Origin: Piedraia hortae CBS 480.64
Taxonomy: Eukaryota
Reading direction: 5' to 3'
DNA length: 64,000 bases
Assembly: GCA_010093745.1 (NCBI GenBank)
Contig: MU005958.1
Coordinates: 248,001 to 312,000 of the forward strand
A program made the translations under genes and the position numbers. This document shows positions 46,760 through 57,850 of the stretch, piece by piece. A model generated the notes under the pieces. The model did no database searches, was not told where the DNA came from, and saw only the letters and a list, made by a program, of their open reading frames with translations. Position 1 is the first letter of the stretch. Each line of letters opens with the position of its first letter.

Positions 46760-47160
46760 CAGAATTCATAGTTGTCTTCTCTATTTCAGTTGTGCCTGAA
46801 TCTTAAGTCTCCTAACCCTATAACATATTCGTTAAGCGCGTGCTCTGATTGGTTTGTGCCTGTTGGCTTTTAACAGTGGTGGATCTTGGCATTGACACTA
46901 GTAGCAACGACATCGATTGAAATATGAACAGTTAAAAATTCCGCACAACGTTCAGTTCATCATCAAAAGTCCACAAAGAGCAGCCTTTTCGGGATGTACA
47001 CCTATAAAATGTAGGGTACAATTTTTGTCATTGGCTCCCGCTTTCAATGTAAAGTGCGACAGCACTATGGCCTTCAATCATAACCAAGGCCTTTTAATCA
47101 CCAGAAGATTCATTGTCTGGCTAGGAACCTAGTGATAGAGAGGCTTGGCCCAGATTGAAC
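46760..47160 (+). ncRNA. Candidate compact telomerase RNA core (hypothesis; ends unknown)
   Basis: CTAACCCTA at 46812-46820. TGAATCTT (46797-46804) pairs with AAGATTCA (47105-47112). TGTTGGCTTTT (46861-46871) pairs with AAAAGTCCACA (46965-46975). A three-way-junction-like fold lies at 47114-47155. Confidence 0.4.
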
Positions 47161-47362
47161 TCATGCTCATGCTGCGATGACGGTCTGTGGTCAAAAAACT
47201 AGGAGGACTAAATATTCCCGAGTCTTGTCCCTCGATAGGTAATAGATATATTGGACTCCTAGGGCTCTTAGGTTGGCTGCAATTTAGCAATATATATACA
47301 CTCATCGTAAACTGTCCGCACTGCAGGAGAGCCCCTGCACTGAGACTACCTCTGCAAAACGC

Positions 47363-48532
47363 TTACTCCGTACCTACATGTTCCGTTTCTTCCAGTTCCC
47401 TCAGAATACCCTCCACCTCCCTCGGATCACTAATAGCCCAAACGCCACCACCTCTGACACTGCCCTTCATGCCGACCTCCTTGCCAACCAGATTTCTGCC
47501 TACTTTGCCAGGTCCAATTCCCACCCAACGCTTGACTTTAGCCTCCTTGTGCAGGTAAACAATGCTATCATGCCACTGCACTGTTTCCACGCACTGACGG
47601 GCAAGGTAATGCTTTAATTGCTCTTTGCTCTCAAAGGGTCGAGCGGAAACGTTGCTAATACACGGCATGTTACCAGGCCAGGTCACTACATCTTGGCTTT
47701 TGTCTACAGTTGACGGCTGCTCGAGCAGCTCATCCATCAGCCGCGCAGCAGGTTCCATGATGGGGCTGTGGAATGGCGAATCCGAGTTCAACCGAACGGC
47801 GCGAGGGTCGTGCCCCGCAAACTGCCTAAGATGTGTGAGCAGTTCGTTGATCCTCCTAATTCTGCCGGAAAGGACGATCTGATTTTTTGCATTGATATTA
47901 GCGATGAGCACCTCCTGGACGGGAGGATAATCGTTGTCCGAGTGGGAGTCGGTCTTTGATCCTTCAGAGTCATGGCCTAAGAATTCGTGAATGGCTTCGA
48001 TGAGCGACGGGAGGTGGTTCGCCTCGCATACAAGTGCGACCATTCCGACTTCTTCACCGACATTGCGCGAGCATTGGGCCATCATTTCGGCTCTCTTGCG
48101 TACCAGGCGCAATGCATCTCCAGTCCGGAGATATCCAGCCGCTACCAAAGCAGCAAATTCTCCCAGAGAATGGCCCAGCGCTACATCGATTCGGTCTGCG
48201 ACCTTGAAGCCAAACTCCTGCTCCAAGATGCGAAGGATCACAATGGACGTGGCCATGATGGCCGGCTGCGCATTCTCCGTCGCTGTCAGGACGCTGTTGG
48301 GCCCATCGGCAATTATTCGCGACAAAGGGTACTTGAGGATTTCATCTACTTCGTCGAGGATTGGCTTGACCGTCTTGGGAAAGGCGTTTGACCAGTCGGT
48401 GGTCATTCCCACGCGCTGGACGCCTTGGCCGGGGAAGAACACGGCCGTTTTGGGGCGCACAGGCACCGATGAGGACTTTCTGATATAACATCGAGGGATT
48501 AGGATCGGATGACATCTCCTGAGGGGCGTCAT
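47363..48532 (-). CDS. MCT1: Mitochondrial malonyl-CoA:ACP transacylase
   Basis: FFPGQG, AQPAI, GHSLGE, PFHSPIM and GPGKV. Likely start is MTPLRRCH. Confidence 0.93.
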   Translation of the reverse strand: MTPLRRCHPILIPRCYIRKSSSVPVRPKTAVFFPGQGVQRVGMTTDWSNAFPKTVKPILDEVDEILKYPLSRIIADGPNSVLTATENAQPAIMATSIVILRILEQEFGFKVADRIDVALGHSLGEFAALVAAGYLRTGDALRLVRKRAEMMAQCSRNVGEEVGMVALVCEANHLPSLIEAIHEFLGHDSEGSKTDSHSDNDYPPVQEVLIANINAKNQIVLSGRIRRINELLTHLRQFAGHDPRAVRLNSDSPFHSPIMEPAARLMDELLEQPSTVDKSQDVVTWPGNMPCISNVSARPFESKEQLKHYLARQCVETVQWHDSIVYLHKEAKVKRWVGIGPGKVGRNLVGKEVGMKGSVRGGGVWAISDPREVEGILRELEETEHVGTE

Positions 48533-48638
48533 GATGGTCCCATTGCCCTGGACTTCCCCAGATCGCCCAGGTTTCCCCGCTTGTTGGGCGTCGGGTCGGG
48601 CCGACAATCGTAAGGGTTGTGACAGCAGTTAGGGTCAC

Positions 48639-50280
48639 CTACTTCCGCGCTCTATCCACAAGTTGCTCCATTCTCCTCGTCCAGGCCTCTGCAAACACTT
48701 GTTCCGAGAACCGCCACGAGTTTTTCCTTGCTCGTATACGCATAGCCAGTGTCTCATCGCTTCCCAAATTAAGAGCTTGGGCAAAGCCATCGGCAAATTC
48801 CTCTGGTGTTGTGGCACGGAAACCTAGAGATCAGCGCGGTCCTTCCCTCCTTCTTCGAAGGGGGAAAAAAAGTAAACTTACCTGTAGGTTTCCCATCAAC
48901 CTCGATAACAATATCCTCTTTAGGACCGCCAGAGTCATTGACGACTGCAATCAAGCCTGCGGCTTGATACTCCACCACACCGATGCCAAAATGCTCGTTC
49001 CACATTCCATTGACACCGACTGTGCTAGTTTTCAGAGCATCCAGAATCTGCTCCCATTTGGCATTAATGACAAACTTCACGTTTTTCTTGATTTCCTGCG
49101 CCTGAAGACGCAGTCGGTATACACGCTTTTCGTCGTGATCGTCCCGCACCGAGCCTACTAAAACCAGCTGCGGGTTTAGCCGCTTTGCCAAGTCCCGATT
49201 CGAAGATAGAAAAAGGTTGAATGCATCAATGATGACGTGATGCATCTTCTCTGGACGGAACTGGGCAATGTAAACGAGATTACATTTCCTCAGCTCTTCG
49301 CTCTCAGGCGTCACGGGTATCTTATGTTGGAGCTCTTCCACTGCACAGGGCGGGTAGACGATCAACGTTTCCCCCTTGCCACCACCCCAGAGTGACGTGA
49401 TGTGCCTCTGCGTCCAGGTGGAATTGGTCATGACAACGTCAATGGACGAACCAACCCAAGAGTATAGCTTGGCAAAGAATTGCCAGTATATCCGCTTGGC
49501 AAGGCCCTTAAAGCCCTTGCCCGACCCAGCATTTAAACCACGACCTTCGGTCTCATCGTGCAAACTGTTTAGCATATCCGTTGAAATTGTCGGATAATGC
49601 ACATACGCACCCGTAGGCACAGCGGGAAAGAGCCACTTGCACAGCCGCAGCACAAAGGCATAACCCATGGTGTCGACAAAGATGTCTGGGGCCAGTAGCT
49701 GAAATGCATCACATCCTAGCATCAAAGACCCCAGGCTTTGACCCAGCAGGGTGAAGTAGGGCCAGGTTGAAGCCAAAACCCACGACCTCGTAGTCAAATA
49801 GAGACAACACACTCTAGCAGGGTTCAGGGAAATGTTAAATCTTGCCTTTGCATTAGCCAGTATTTGCTCCTTAGAAGCATCGTGGTCTCCAGTATAAATT
49901 ACACACAGGGCACGAGGATATTTCCTCTGCGTAGCTAGGATAGCTGCGAAGAGGACCCTCTCACCCCCGCCTCCAGCATTGCAAAAGGGATGGAAGAAGC
50001 CAATGACGCCTTGGAACGAGCCATCTTCCTGTACCGGTTGTGGCGCAGGAGGAGTGGACGGTGCAGTGGCTCTATCAGAATCGACCTTCTCCCACTCTTC
50101 GTCCAGAAGCGGCGGAGTGCGCTTTACCTCCTCTGTCGCGGCTCGTTGAAGCAAGACCTCTCGTCGTTGAAGGCTCTTTCCTCGCCAGTGCGAGCCCAGT
50201 AATCTTCCAGTAAGACCGAAGATATACGGTAGCAAAGTCAGAGTGCCGACCAAGGCACAAGCGATCATAACTGTCAACAT
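48639..50280 (-). CDS. ALG11: Alpha-1,2-mannosyltransferase Alg11; intron 48824-48881
   Basis: FFHPFCNAGGGGERVL, DTMGYAF, YVHYPTISTDM, AQFRPEK and NEHFGIGVVEY. The last exon reads GFRATT...RFSE...K*. Confidence 0.95.
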
Positions 50281-50415
50281 CCTTGTTCCCGTAAGTGGGG
50301 TTCGTGGCGCGAGTCGTGGACGCCTGTATGCGACGGCCCGCACGTTCCACATGGCCCACACGGCCCGAAGCGTTCGCTCCAACCTCACCTCTTGATTTGG
50401 CTGGAGGAAAGGGAG

Positions 50416-51525
50416 ATGGCGCTGCCATATCGTCGGCTACCTCTTCGATCGAGCCAACGACTCTTTTCAACCACATGTTGGCGCAAAGCAGAACTTACCG
50501 CCATACTTACCACGCCTCCCGTAGCCCTCCTCGATGCTCTCCATTCATCAGGCCTTTCCTGGACTTATGCCATACCCGCTTCCGCACTCATAATCCGCTC
50601 CATAATTGCCTTATGCTTCCGTAGAAGCCAATTCACCGATCCCGCCGCTAACGCCGTGCTTTTACCACTAGCCTACGCCCGCAGCCTCGGCCGCTACGGA
50701 TCCGACATGAAGACACGAACCCGTGGCATGGGCATTATTGCCAAGATAGCCCCAAGATTACACTACTCATGGACCATGTACAGGGAAATGCGGCAATTGA
50801 AAAAAGATCTTGGCATCCGAGTTGGTGGTATCCGTCCGTTTGCGGAGTTTGGAGGATTGGTCATCATGACCGAGGGAATTAGGGCAAAGTTCGGTGCCCG
50901 TGAAGGTCTTTTAGGCCTCGTGCTTGCGCCGATTAGAGGTGCTTGGGAGATAATATTAATGCCCTTGAAGGGATGGCGTGGCGAAGCTGCACAAGAGGGA
51001 ACAGAAGAAACAGCAGCGGGATTAATTGACCCCAGCATTCACGTCGAAGGACCCAGTTGGTGTGCTGACCTCGCCGTTGCCGATCCAACTCTTGCTGTTC
51101 CCACTGCACTGTTCAGCGTTATGCTGCTTAATACGTTTGTAGGCGCATCGGGCTTCATCGCCGAATTGGCCAGAGGCACTTCGGCTGCTGGTGCGCCACC
51201 GGCCACTAACGTATCCCCGGTGAACCGCACAGGGTCGAAGGTCGTACACAAAAACCTTGGCCAGAGTAAAGCTGTATTTTTTGACAGGCTCCTAGAAGCT
51301 GTCAATGGAATTTCTTTGACCAACGCAAGCCGACTTTCGCTGACGGTCAAATTTCTCTTCTTTATCGGCAGTATCCACATTCCCGTGGCTATCCTGCTGT
51401 ATATTTTGGCGAACTCGACCCTGTCGTTGTTTTTAAGGGGCAGGACTCAGGTCACTAAGACGGCTATGAGACCGATTACACCATGCAGGAGACCGCTGAG
51501 GTATAGGGTCAGAAGAAACCCTTGA
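50416..51525 (+). CDS. COX18: Oxa1/YidC-family mitochondrial insertase (Cox18/Oxa2-like)
   Basis: Mitochondrial presequence, LH.SGLSW..AIP..ALIIR, EG.SW..DL..ADP and P.AILLY..NS. Confidence 0.8.
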   Translation: MALPYRRLPLRSSQRLFSTTCWRKAELTAILTTPPVALLDALHSSGLSWTYAIPASALIIRSIIALCFRRSQFTDPAANAVLLPLAYARSLGRYGSDMKTRTRGMGIIAKIAPRLHYSWTMYREMRQLKKDLGIRVGGIRPFAEFGGLVIMTEGIRAKFGAREGLLGLVLAPIRGAWEIILMPLKGWRGEAAQEGTEETAAGLIDPSIHVEGPSWCADLAVADPTLAVPTALFSVMLLNTFVGASGFIAELARGTSAAGAPPATNVSPVNRTGSKVVHKNLGQSKAVFFDRLLEAVNGISLTNASRLSLTVKFLFFIGSIHIPVAILLYILANSTLSLFLRGRTQVTKTAMRPITPCRRPLRYRVRRNP

Positions 51526-52125
51526 AACGGCGCAGCCTTTCGGATAAGAATAGGTAAATCTATCACGGTCCCGTGCAGCCTCACAGTGTTCGGGTGTTGT
51601 CGAACAGCTAAGTTGTTTCGTTGTCTCGCGAGCACTCCCATCGGAAAATTGGTAGATGAACAGCACGCATCCAATTTGCATAATGCTGAAGCCGTCCAAG
51701 GGTGACACGCGCCTAAAATGAAGCAATGTAATCTTAGAAAAGGGAAATGACAGAGCATATCCACCGTTCTCACATATGCCTTTCCTCTGACAGAGAATGC
51801 AAACCAAGCGAGTTCTCCACCATCTTTCACCAGCTAAACAAAATGTCCTACCTGCGAGTTGGCTGTTGATGCTGCAGATGGACAACATGTGGAAGTCATA
51901 GGGCCCATGGAGAACAGCTTACCTCACATCATACCTATCATATTCCAGATAATCCTCCCGGTCAATTTCATCTTGTAACTTTCACGTGCACATTTCCCAC
52001 AAAACCCAATGGATTGAGAGCAAGCTCTCGCTATACAACGCTATGAAGACACACCTCTATTATCCGCCATCTACCCAATACAAGAAACAAGAATTGCCGT
52101 TGTGTACAGCCATGAAGACGTCTAT

Positions 52126-54286
52126 TTACTTATTGACGGGTGAGTCGACCCCAATCACAGGGTTATCCTTCGAGTCTGAGCCGAGGAAATCGTCCGGTTT
52201 ATCTGCAAACACAATCAGTCACTATACTCGTCTTCGGCAGTTTGGTGATAGGACGGGACTTACCATGGCGTGCATAAAGTCCGTATTCCTCATCCTCATA
52301 CTTGCCGACCCTGCCGGCCTCAACGTCCTCCCTGGTAAGCTTCAGTTTACTCTTGGGCAAACCCATCGACTCCAGGAAGGCAACCGAGTCTTTCCACTCA
52401 GTCTGTTTTCGGGCTTTGCTCCATTTCAGCTCGTTTCCCATAATGTCAATAACCTTGGGCAGCGACTCGAGCGCGGCCTGGGCATTGAGGAAAGCGAGGC
52501 GGGTGCGGCGGGCGAGAACGTCTACGGCGGTCTGGGCATATTCATGGCGAACGGCATAGCGCACCTCGCCGTCGACATAGGGGTAGAGTGTAGAGATGCG
52601 CTTGCCGCGAACGGGAAAACGTTGCTCGGTGGGCTCGCAGAGGGCAGCCACGCGCCAGGCGCGGTCGCCGTAAGACGTGGTGAGGTGCTTGGCAACCTCG
52701 GTCTCGATGCCGTAGTGCTGGATAAGATTCACGAAGAGCGTCTTGGAGAAGCCATGGGCCCCGATCAGCCGCACCTCGTGCGTTTTGCAGGTGCCATCCA
52801 ACTCGACGGGCTCGCGGTACCCTTCAACGCCGGACACGAGGGGAGGTTTGAACATGGCCTTTGTATGGATCTTGGGGAACTCTTTGAGGGCTTCATCGAC
52901 GGCTTCTTCGGCCATCTGGCGGTAAGTTGTCCATTTACCACCGGAGACGGTTACGAGGCCGGACGGAGACGCAGTTACGAGATGGTTGCGCACAACACCT
53001 TCGGACGATGACTTCTTGGGGTCACGCACAAGCGGACGAATGCCGGACCAGGCAGCCAAAACATCGCCGCGGCGTACTTTGATGTCTGGCTGGAAATAAT
53101 TCGTGACTTCCTTGAGGATCCACTGAATCTCTTTCTCGCCGGCAACGGGGTTCTGGCGGATGTCGCACGGCGCATCGGTTGTGCCTGCAATAGTGTTACC
53201 CTGCCAGGGAAGGAAGAAGATTACACGACCATCGGAGGTGTGGGGGTCAATCAAGCCCATATCGGGCGGGGAGAAGTAGCCGGGGAGAATGATATGGACG
53301 CCAGAACTGGGAAGAACAATTTCCGGCACCGACTGGTCGTCCATTTTGCGGATGGAGTCGGTAAAGGGGCCCGTGGCGTTGATGACGCCCTTGGCCTTGA
53401 CGCTGAACACTTCGGGTTCCTTGCCGTCCTTGGCCTCGATGGTATCCTTCACCTTGGCACCGCAGACGCGGCCGGACGCATCTTTCTCCAGGCCCGTGAC
53501 CTCGAGGTGGTTCACCATCGTGGCGCCATAGAGCGCAGCCGTCATGGCCAGGGAGATATTCATGCGGGAATCATTATGTGCGCCGTCGTAATACACCAAG
53601 GCACCCCACAGCGTGCTTTTGTTCAGCATGGGAAACGCATCGAGGGCTTTGCTGCGTGTCAGAAAGTACGAAGATTCGATGTTCTCGCTGCCGGCCAGCC
53701 AGTCGTAGGCCTTGGTACCGGCCCAAAAATACGGGGCCTGCCACCATTTCTGGATGGGCACCATGATGGGCAGCCATGATGATAGATGCGGTGCCGTGTC
53801 GAGGAAGTATCGCCGCTCCCGCAGCGCCTCCTTCACTAGCTTGTACTGATCGTAGTCCATCTCCCAAAATGCCTTCTCTAGATAACGCACGCCGCCATGA
53901 ACAAGCTTGGTGCTCTTGCTACTGGTGCCTGAGGCGAAGTCATCGCGCTCCACACATGCGACCTTCAAGCCTCGAGTGGCGGCGTCCAGCGCGATGCCAG
54001 AGCCCGTGGCCCCGCCGCCGATAATCAGCAGGTCATACTCAGCGTCGGCATTGTTGCTGTCTTTCAGCGCGCGAATCTGCTCCAGGCGCGACTTCTCTCG
54101 GGGAAATTTTGGGGCATGGAAGACGCCGCTGGGTCCATGGGTGGGTGGAGGAACGGCGGCCGCCTCCAACCCCGGAACGTCTCGAGGCTTATAGATGAAG
54201 TAAAGCGTACCGGCCCCGGCGAGCCCTGCTGCTGACGTATACCCCAGCGCCTTGAAGATGCGCTTGCCTATGCGACGGCTGGCCAT
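52126..54286 (-). CDS. GUT2: Mitochondrial FAD-dependent glycerol-3-phosphate dehydrogenase; intron 52203-52263
   Basis: IGGGATGSG, GTSSKSTKLVHGGVRYL, WSGIRPL, GGKWTTYR and ARRTRL. The last exon reads DKPDDFLG...VNK*. Confidence 0.95.
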
Positions 54287-55059
54287 CTCTACCGTTGCGT
54301 AAGTTGGATGACAGAACTCTTAAAGCTGGAACGCTCGGGCGCAATATTTCTCGGCGAACCACTAAGGTTTGACGGTAAGAGCTTGAAATGCGGGGCTGCG
54401 GCCCACTCTTCGAGTATCGGAACGTGCCGTCTCGCCCAGAATTGTTTTCCGTCTGGTTGGTCGGGTCCAACCTCGGGAGGCCATCATTGCTTGTGAATGC
54501 CGTTCATCCAAGATGACTTTGGATGTCACCAATCACGCTTCTGTGTCAGTGAATTATGAGCATGCAGGGTCCAAGTATCTGCTACTCGCGTCACCACTTG
54601 AGCAGCCGCTGGGCTATACCGTATCGCATACGACGTTTTGCTGGTAGATAGTTTAACTTCATGCCACGGCCAGGACGTAATAAATCTTCATTGGTATCTC
54701 TAGCAACTGTTGATCTGCCAATTGTAGCTGTCTGATGCTCGATTGGCTGGGTATTCATTAAAGACCTACAACGTATGTAATATGTTCCGTAATTATGTGC
54801 CGACGTCGTCCATTTGTTCTGTCTGGATGTCATTCGTGGTTCCGTTCCTGTTTCTTTGGAGCTGAGGCGGAGCCCCTGAAAGATGAAAATGTGAATCAGA
54901 CTGCTATGTCCGGAATGAAGCCTCTACTGAATACGTCCAACTATGGGTTTGCGTGGGCAGCATTCATCAACAAAGCACAAGCGTTGTGCAATAAAGAGCT
55001 ATGCGTCCCTTTGACAAGTCGGACCGGGTTTAATGGTAGTGTCTACACGTAAAAGCGGT

Positions 55060-55310
55060 GACACAGCACGTTTGGCAGCACGTTTGGCAGCCCTGCAAAA
55101 AAAAAAAAAAACGTTGGCAAAGCGTAGTAAAGTACGTTGGCACGGCTGGCAACACCGGCATGCGCGATGAAGTACGTTGGTACAGCACTTGGACACATTG
55201 ACACGACATTGAAGTACGGTTGGAATGCCATGAACACGACGGGCATGCCATTAACACGATTGACATGCCATTATCACAGTTGGCATGCCAACACTGTACT
55301 GGCACTAGCG
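55060..55310. repeat. Array of short degenerate TTGGCA/TGCCA-based repeats (possible transposon subterminal remnant)
   Basis: (CAGCACGTTTGG)2, AAGTACG(G)TTGG x3, ATGCCAT..ACACGA x2 and the palindrome GTTGGCATGCCAAC. Confidence 0.6.
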
Positions 55311-55463
55311 CCAGAATATCTGTGTCCAATCACTGCTTCGTCTGCCCACCCCAAAGTGAAGAATTAGCCATATTCACGTATCTACGTATCTGACAACAAA
55401 AAGCACACACATCGCGTAAAGGCATCCAGTTCCGGTTCATGTTCTAGCTATTATTCTGCCCGA

Positions 55464-56459
55464 TTAACCCACAGCACCACGAGCTTGGCAAACGACTTCT
55501 GTCACGCCGTCACCGATCAAGCCGACATTGTTCAGGCCATCAATGTTGAGGTTCTGGCATAGCCACGAGTTCCACTCGAGGGAACGGTTCATGCCCTTCA
55601 ACACAATGGTAAACATGCGCGTCATTTGCACGCGAACAAGATCAAACGCTGTGTGTGGCAACATTGGCGACCCGTCCTCGGGAAGCGGGCCACCGGAATG
55701 GCCGCCCATGGGTTGTTCACTGTGCGGACGATAGCGTCCGCACGTTCCGTTTAGGACGATGCTACCGTTGAGGTGCATAGCATTGAGGGCCTTCATGCGT
55801 CCGTCCATGGCATGGCAAATGCCGTCGAGTTCGCGCATGTCGCGGGCCGTCGAAGCGAGCGTGATACCATAGAGCGCGCTCAGGGCCTCGATGTAGACGC
55901 TTGCATCGGTCATGTTAGGCGTCGTGAGCGGCTCCACAAGCTGGGGTCGCATTTCCAAACCTGCTGCATGGCAGGTTGCGTTGACCACACGCTGAGAGTC
56001 AATGTTGTATGCATCGAGAGCTTGGTATTGCGTATTGTTGCAGACATATCCGAGCGAAGACTGCTTGTACTGGCCATCGAACGCACCGAGCAGCTGCGTG
56101 GTGAACATATCCGAGAGAGAGCGGATCGTCCAGGGGATGGCAATACTGGGATTTACATTCTCGGAGCGCGTCATGTTGCAAATCGGGCGCTGAATGAGTT
56201 CAGGGCTGAGGCCCTGGCGAGACCACTGGCCGTGGCCAAGGGCACCAATGTCCTTGCAGATGGGCTGGAGACTGGCTGTGGAGTCGGCAGAACCGGCATA
56301 AAAATTCCCTACGGCAAAGGACCAGTTGGACATGATCTGCTGGTGGGCCTCGCTCGTCGGGCTGGGGAGTACAGACGAAGTCACAGCAGTTGCGGTAGGC
56401 ACGGCCATGGCCGAGCTAAAGGCCACCGTCGCAGCGAAAAGGATGTGGAGAAACACCAT
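55464..56459 (-). CDS. Secreted protein with four Cys-pair repeats
   Basis: Signal peptide, S/T-rich linker, 8 Cys in four C-x(22-25)-C units and many N-x-S/T sites. Confidence 0.8.
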   Translation of the reverse strand: MVFLHILFAATVAFSSAMAVPTATAVTSSVLPSPTSEAHQQIMSNWSFAVGNFYAGSADSTASLQPICKDIGALGHGQWSRQGLSPELIQRPICNMTRSENVNPSIAIPWTIRSLSDMFTTQLLGAFDGQYKQSSLGYVCNNTQYQALDAYNIDSQRVVNATCHAAGLEMRPQLVEPLTTPNMTDASVYIEALSALYGITLASTARDMRELDGICHAMDGRMKALNAMHLNGSIVLNGTCGRYRPHSEQPMGGHSGGPLPEDGSPMLPHTAFDLVRVQMTRMFTIVLKGMNRSLEWNSWLCQNLNIDGLNNVGLIGDGVTEVVCQARGAVG

Positions 56460-57850
56460 CGTGTGATTGTAATGAGAGAGCGTGTGTGTGTTGAAAGGAG
56501 TGTTGTGGAAAGGAAACCACTTTTAGGCGGCACGTCACCCGAAAACGGTCGCCCAGAGATGAAGTTGTGACGGCGTCGATCAAGGTTCGCGGCGTTTGGT
56601 GATGACCCGAAAATCAGGATTCGGGACGCATGTTCCGGGAGTTTATACGACGCACATCCTATTTGGGACTCGTATTTATTCTTGTGTCCTGCACACTTGC
56701 TCAGCCCAACGCTGACGACCTATGATAGCCATAACATTGCTCTATTATAATATTGATCTCAACCCCCATTATAATCGACTGGCTGGATCACTTATATTGC
56801 GCCCGTTATCCAACAAATGACATGCATGTGTTTCTTTTATCATTCTATGCGCCTACACGTAATAATAGCCTCAACAAAACTCTGAAATCCCGACAGTCTT
56901 TTGATGAGACTACCGACCCTACTCTAACCACCTTTGATGCCAGCATATCGCTGCGACATGTAGGCGTCGACATCGTCGCATGGGCGACTTTGGTGAGCCC
57001 ATCTCGACTACATGCACAAGTAGTCGGCCTTTGACTGGTCACATGTATCAGAAAGGTCGTTGACAATTGCGAAAATTGACAGCGTACAAGAATAGTTCTG
57101 ACTTGGGCTTCCACATATGTTGTCACGGAGATTGCGCTTAACACTGGAGATCGACACCAGATGCTCAGGTAATCTGCAGGCACATGGCTGAATCCGTCAA
57201 CGGTGGGGGCACAAACGTCTGATGACGTATCATAGACCACCAAATGCTCATCAGATTTAGGCCCATCTGCGAACTGCATGTTCCAATAGGGCCAAGCACG
57301 TCGACTCAGTGATGTGAAACTGTTTGAGTCAGGTTGAGCCATGTAATCACCATTCCTTTATTACAATTGTCTCTTTTCCAGCGCGAAACGCAGTGGCTGA
57401 GGCATGTGACGACGATCGACCGCCACAAACCCAGCGCTAAACGTTTGTTGTCAATCGACAACAATGCGTTGGTATGCCCTCAAAATTCCAGGTCCATGGA
57501 AAGCAACAGTTGTACCGATTCCTGGTAGGGTCATTCCAATTTAAACGGCAATGTCGTGGGGGCGGAATTCCAAGTTTGATAGTTGCACAAGCACAAACAA
57601 CAAACAAGGGGTGGCAGTTGAACTATGAACCGCGTAGAGGTCAGATGGACACGTTAGCCTGACCTTTTCCTTAACATGTTTAACCCCACTTTCTTTCGGT
57701 TCATCTGAGGCGTAAGCTGACCTTACAGCGTCCATACTTAGTCACCGGCGGTTAGCAGCGCGCTTCAGTCGAGACAGCAATGTAAATATCTCCTGACAGC
57801 AGGTTCATTGTTGGAAAGTTCACTCCTTTTATTATCCTGAGCATATCGAG

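Noticed and set aside
46980..47100. AATTTTTG Sm-like site and GCCTTTT motifs as U5 snRNA
   Set aside because: The invariant loop GCCTTTTAC and its stem are absent.
51526..52120. Splice-like signals in the COX18-GUT2 convergent spacer
   Set aside because: No coherent spliced ORF could be assembled.
51986..53011. 341-aa + strand ORF
   Set aside because: Antisense shadow of GUT2, explained by its codon bias. No motifs.
55773..56570. 265-aa + strand ORF
   Set aside because: Antisense to the secreted repeat protein, which has a signal peptide and patterned cysteines.
56845..57342. 165-aa minus-strand ORF
   Set aside because: Non-ATG start, no recognisable motif, and no convincing spliced continuation.
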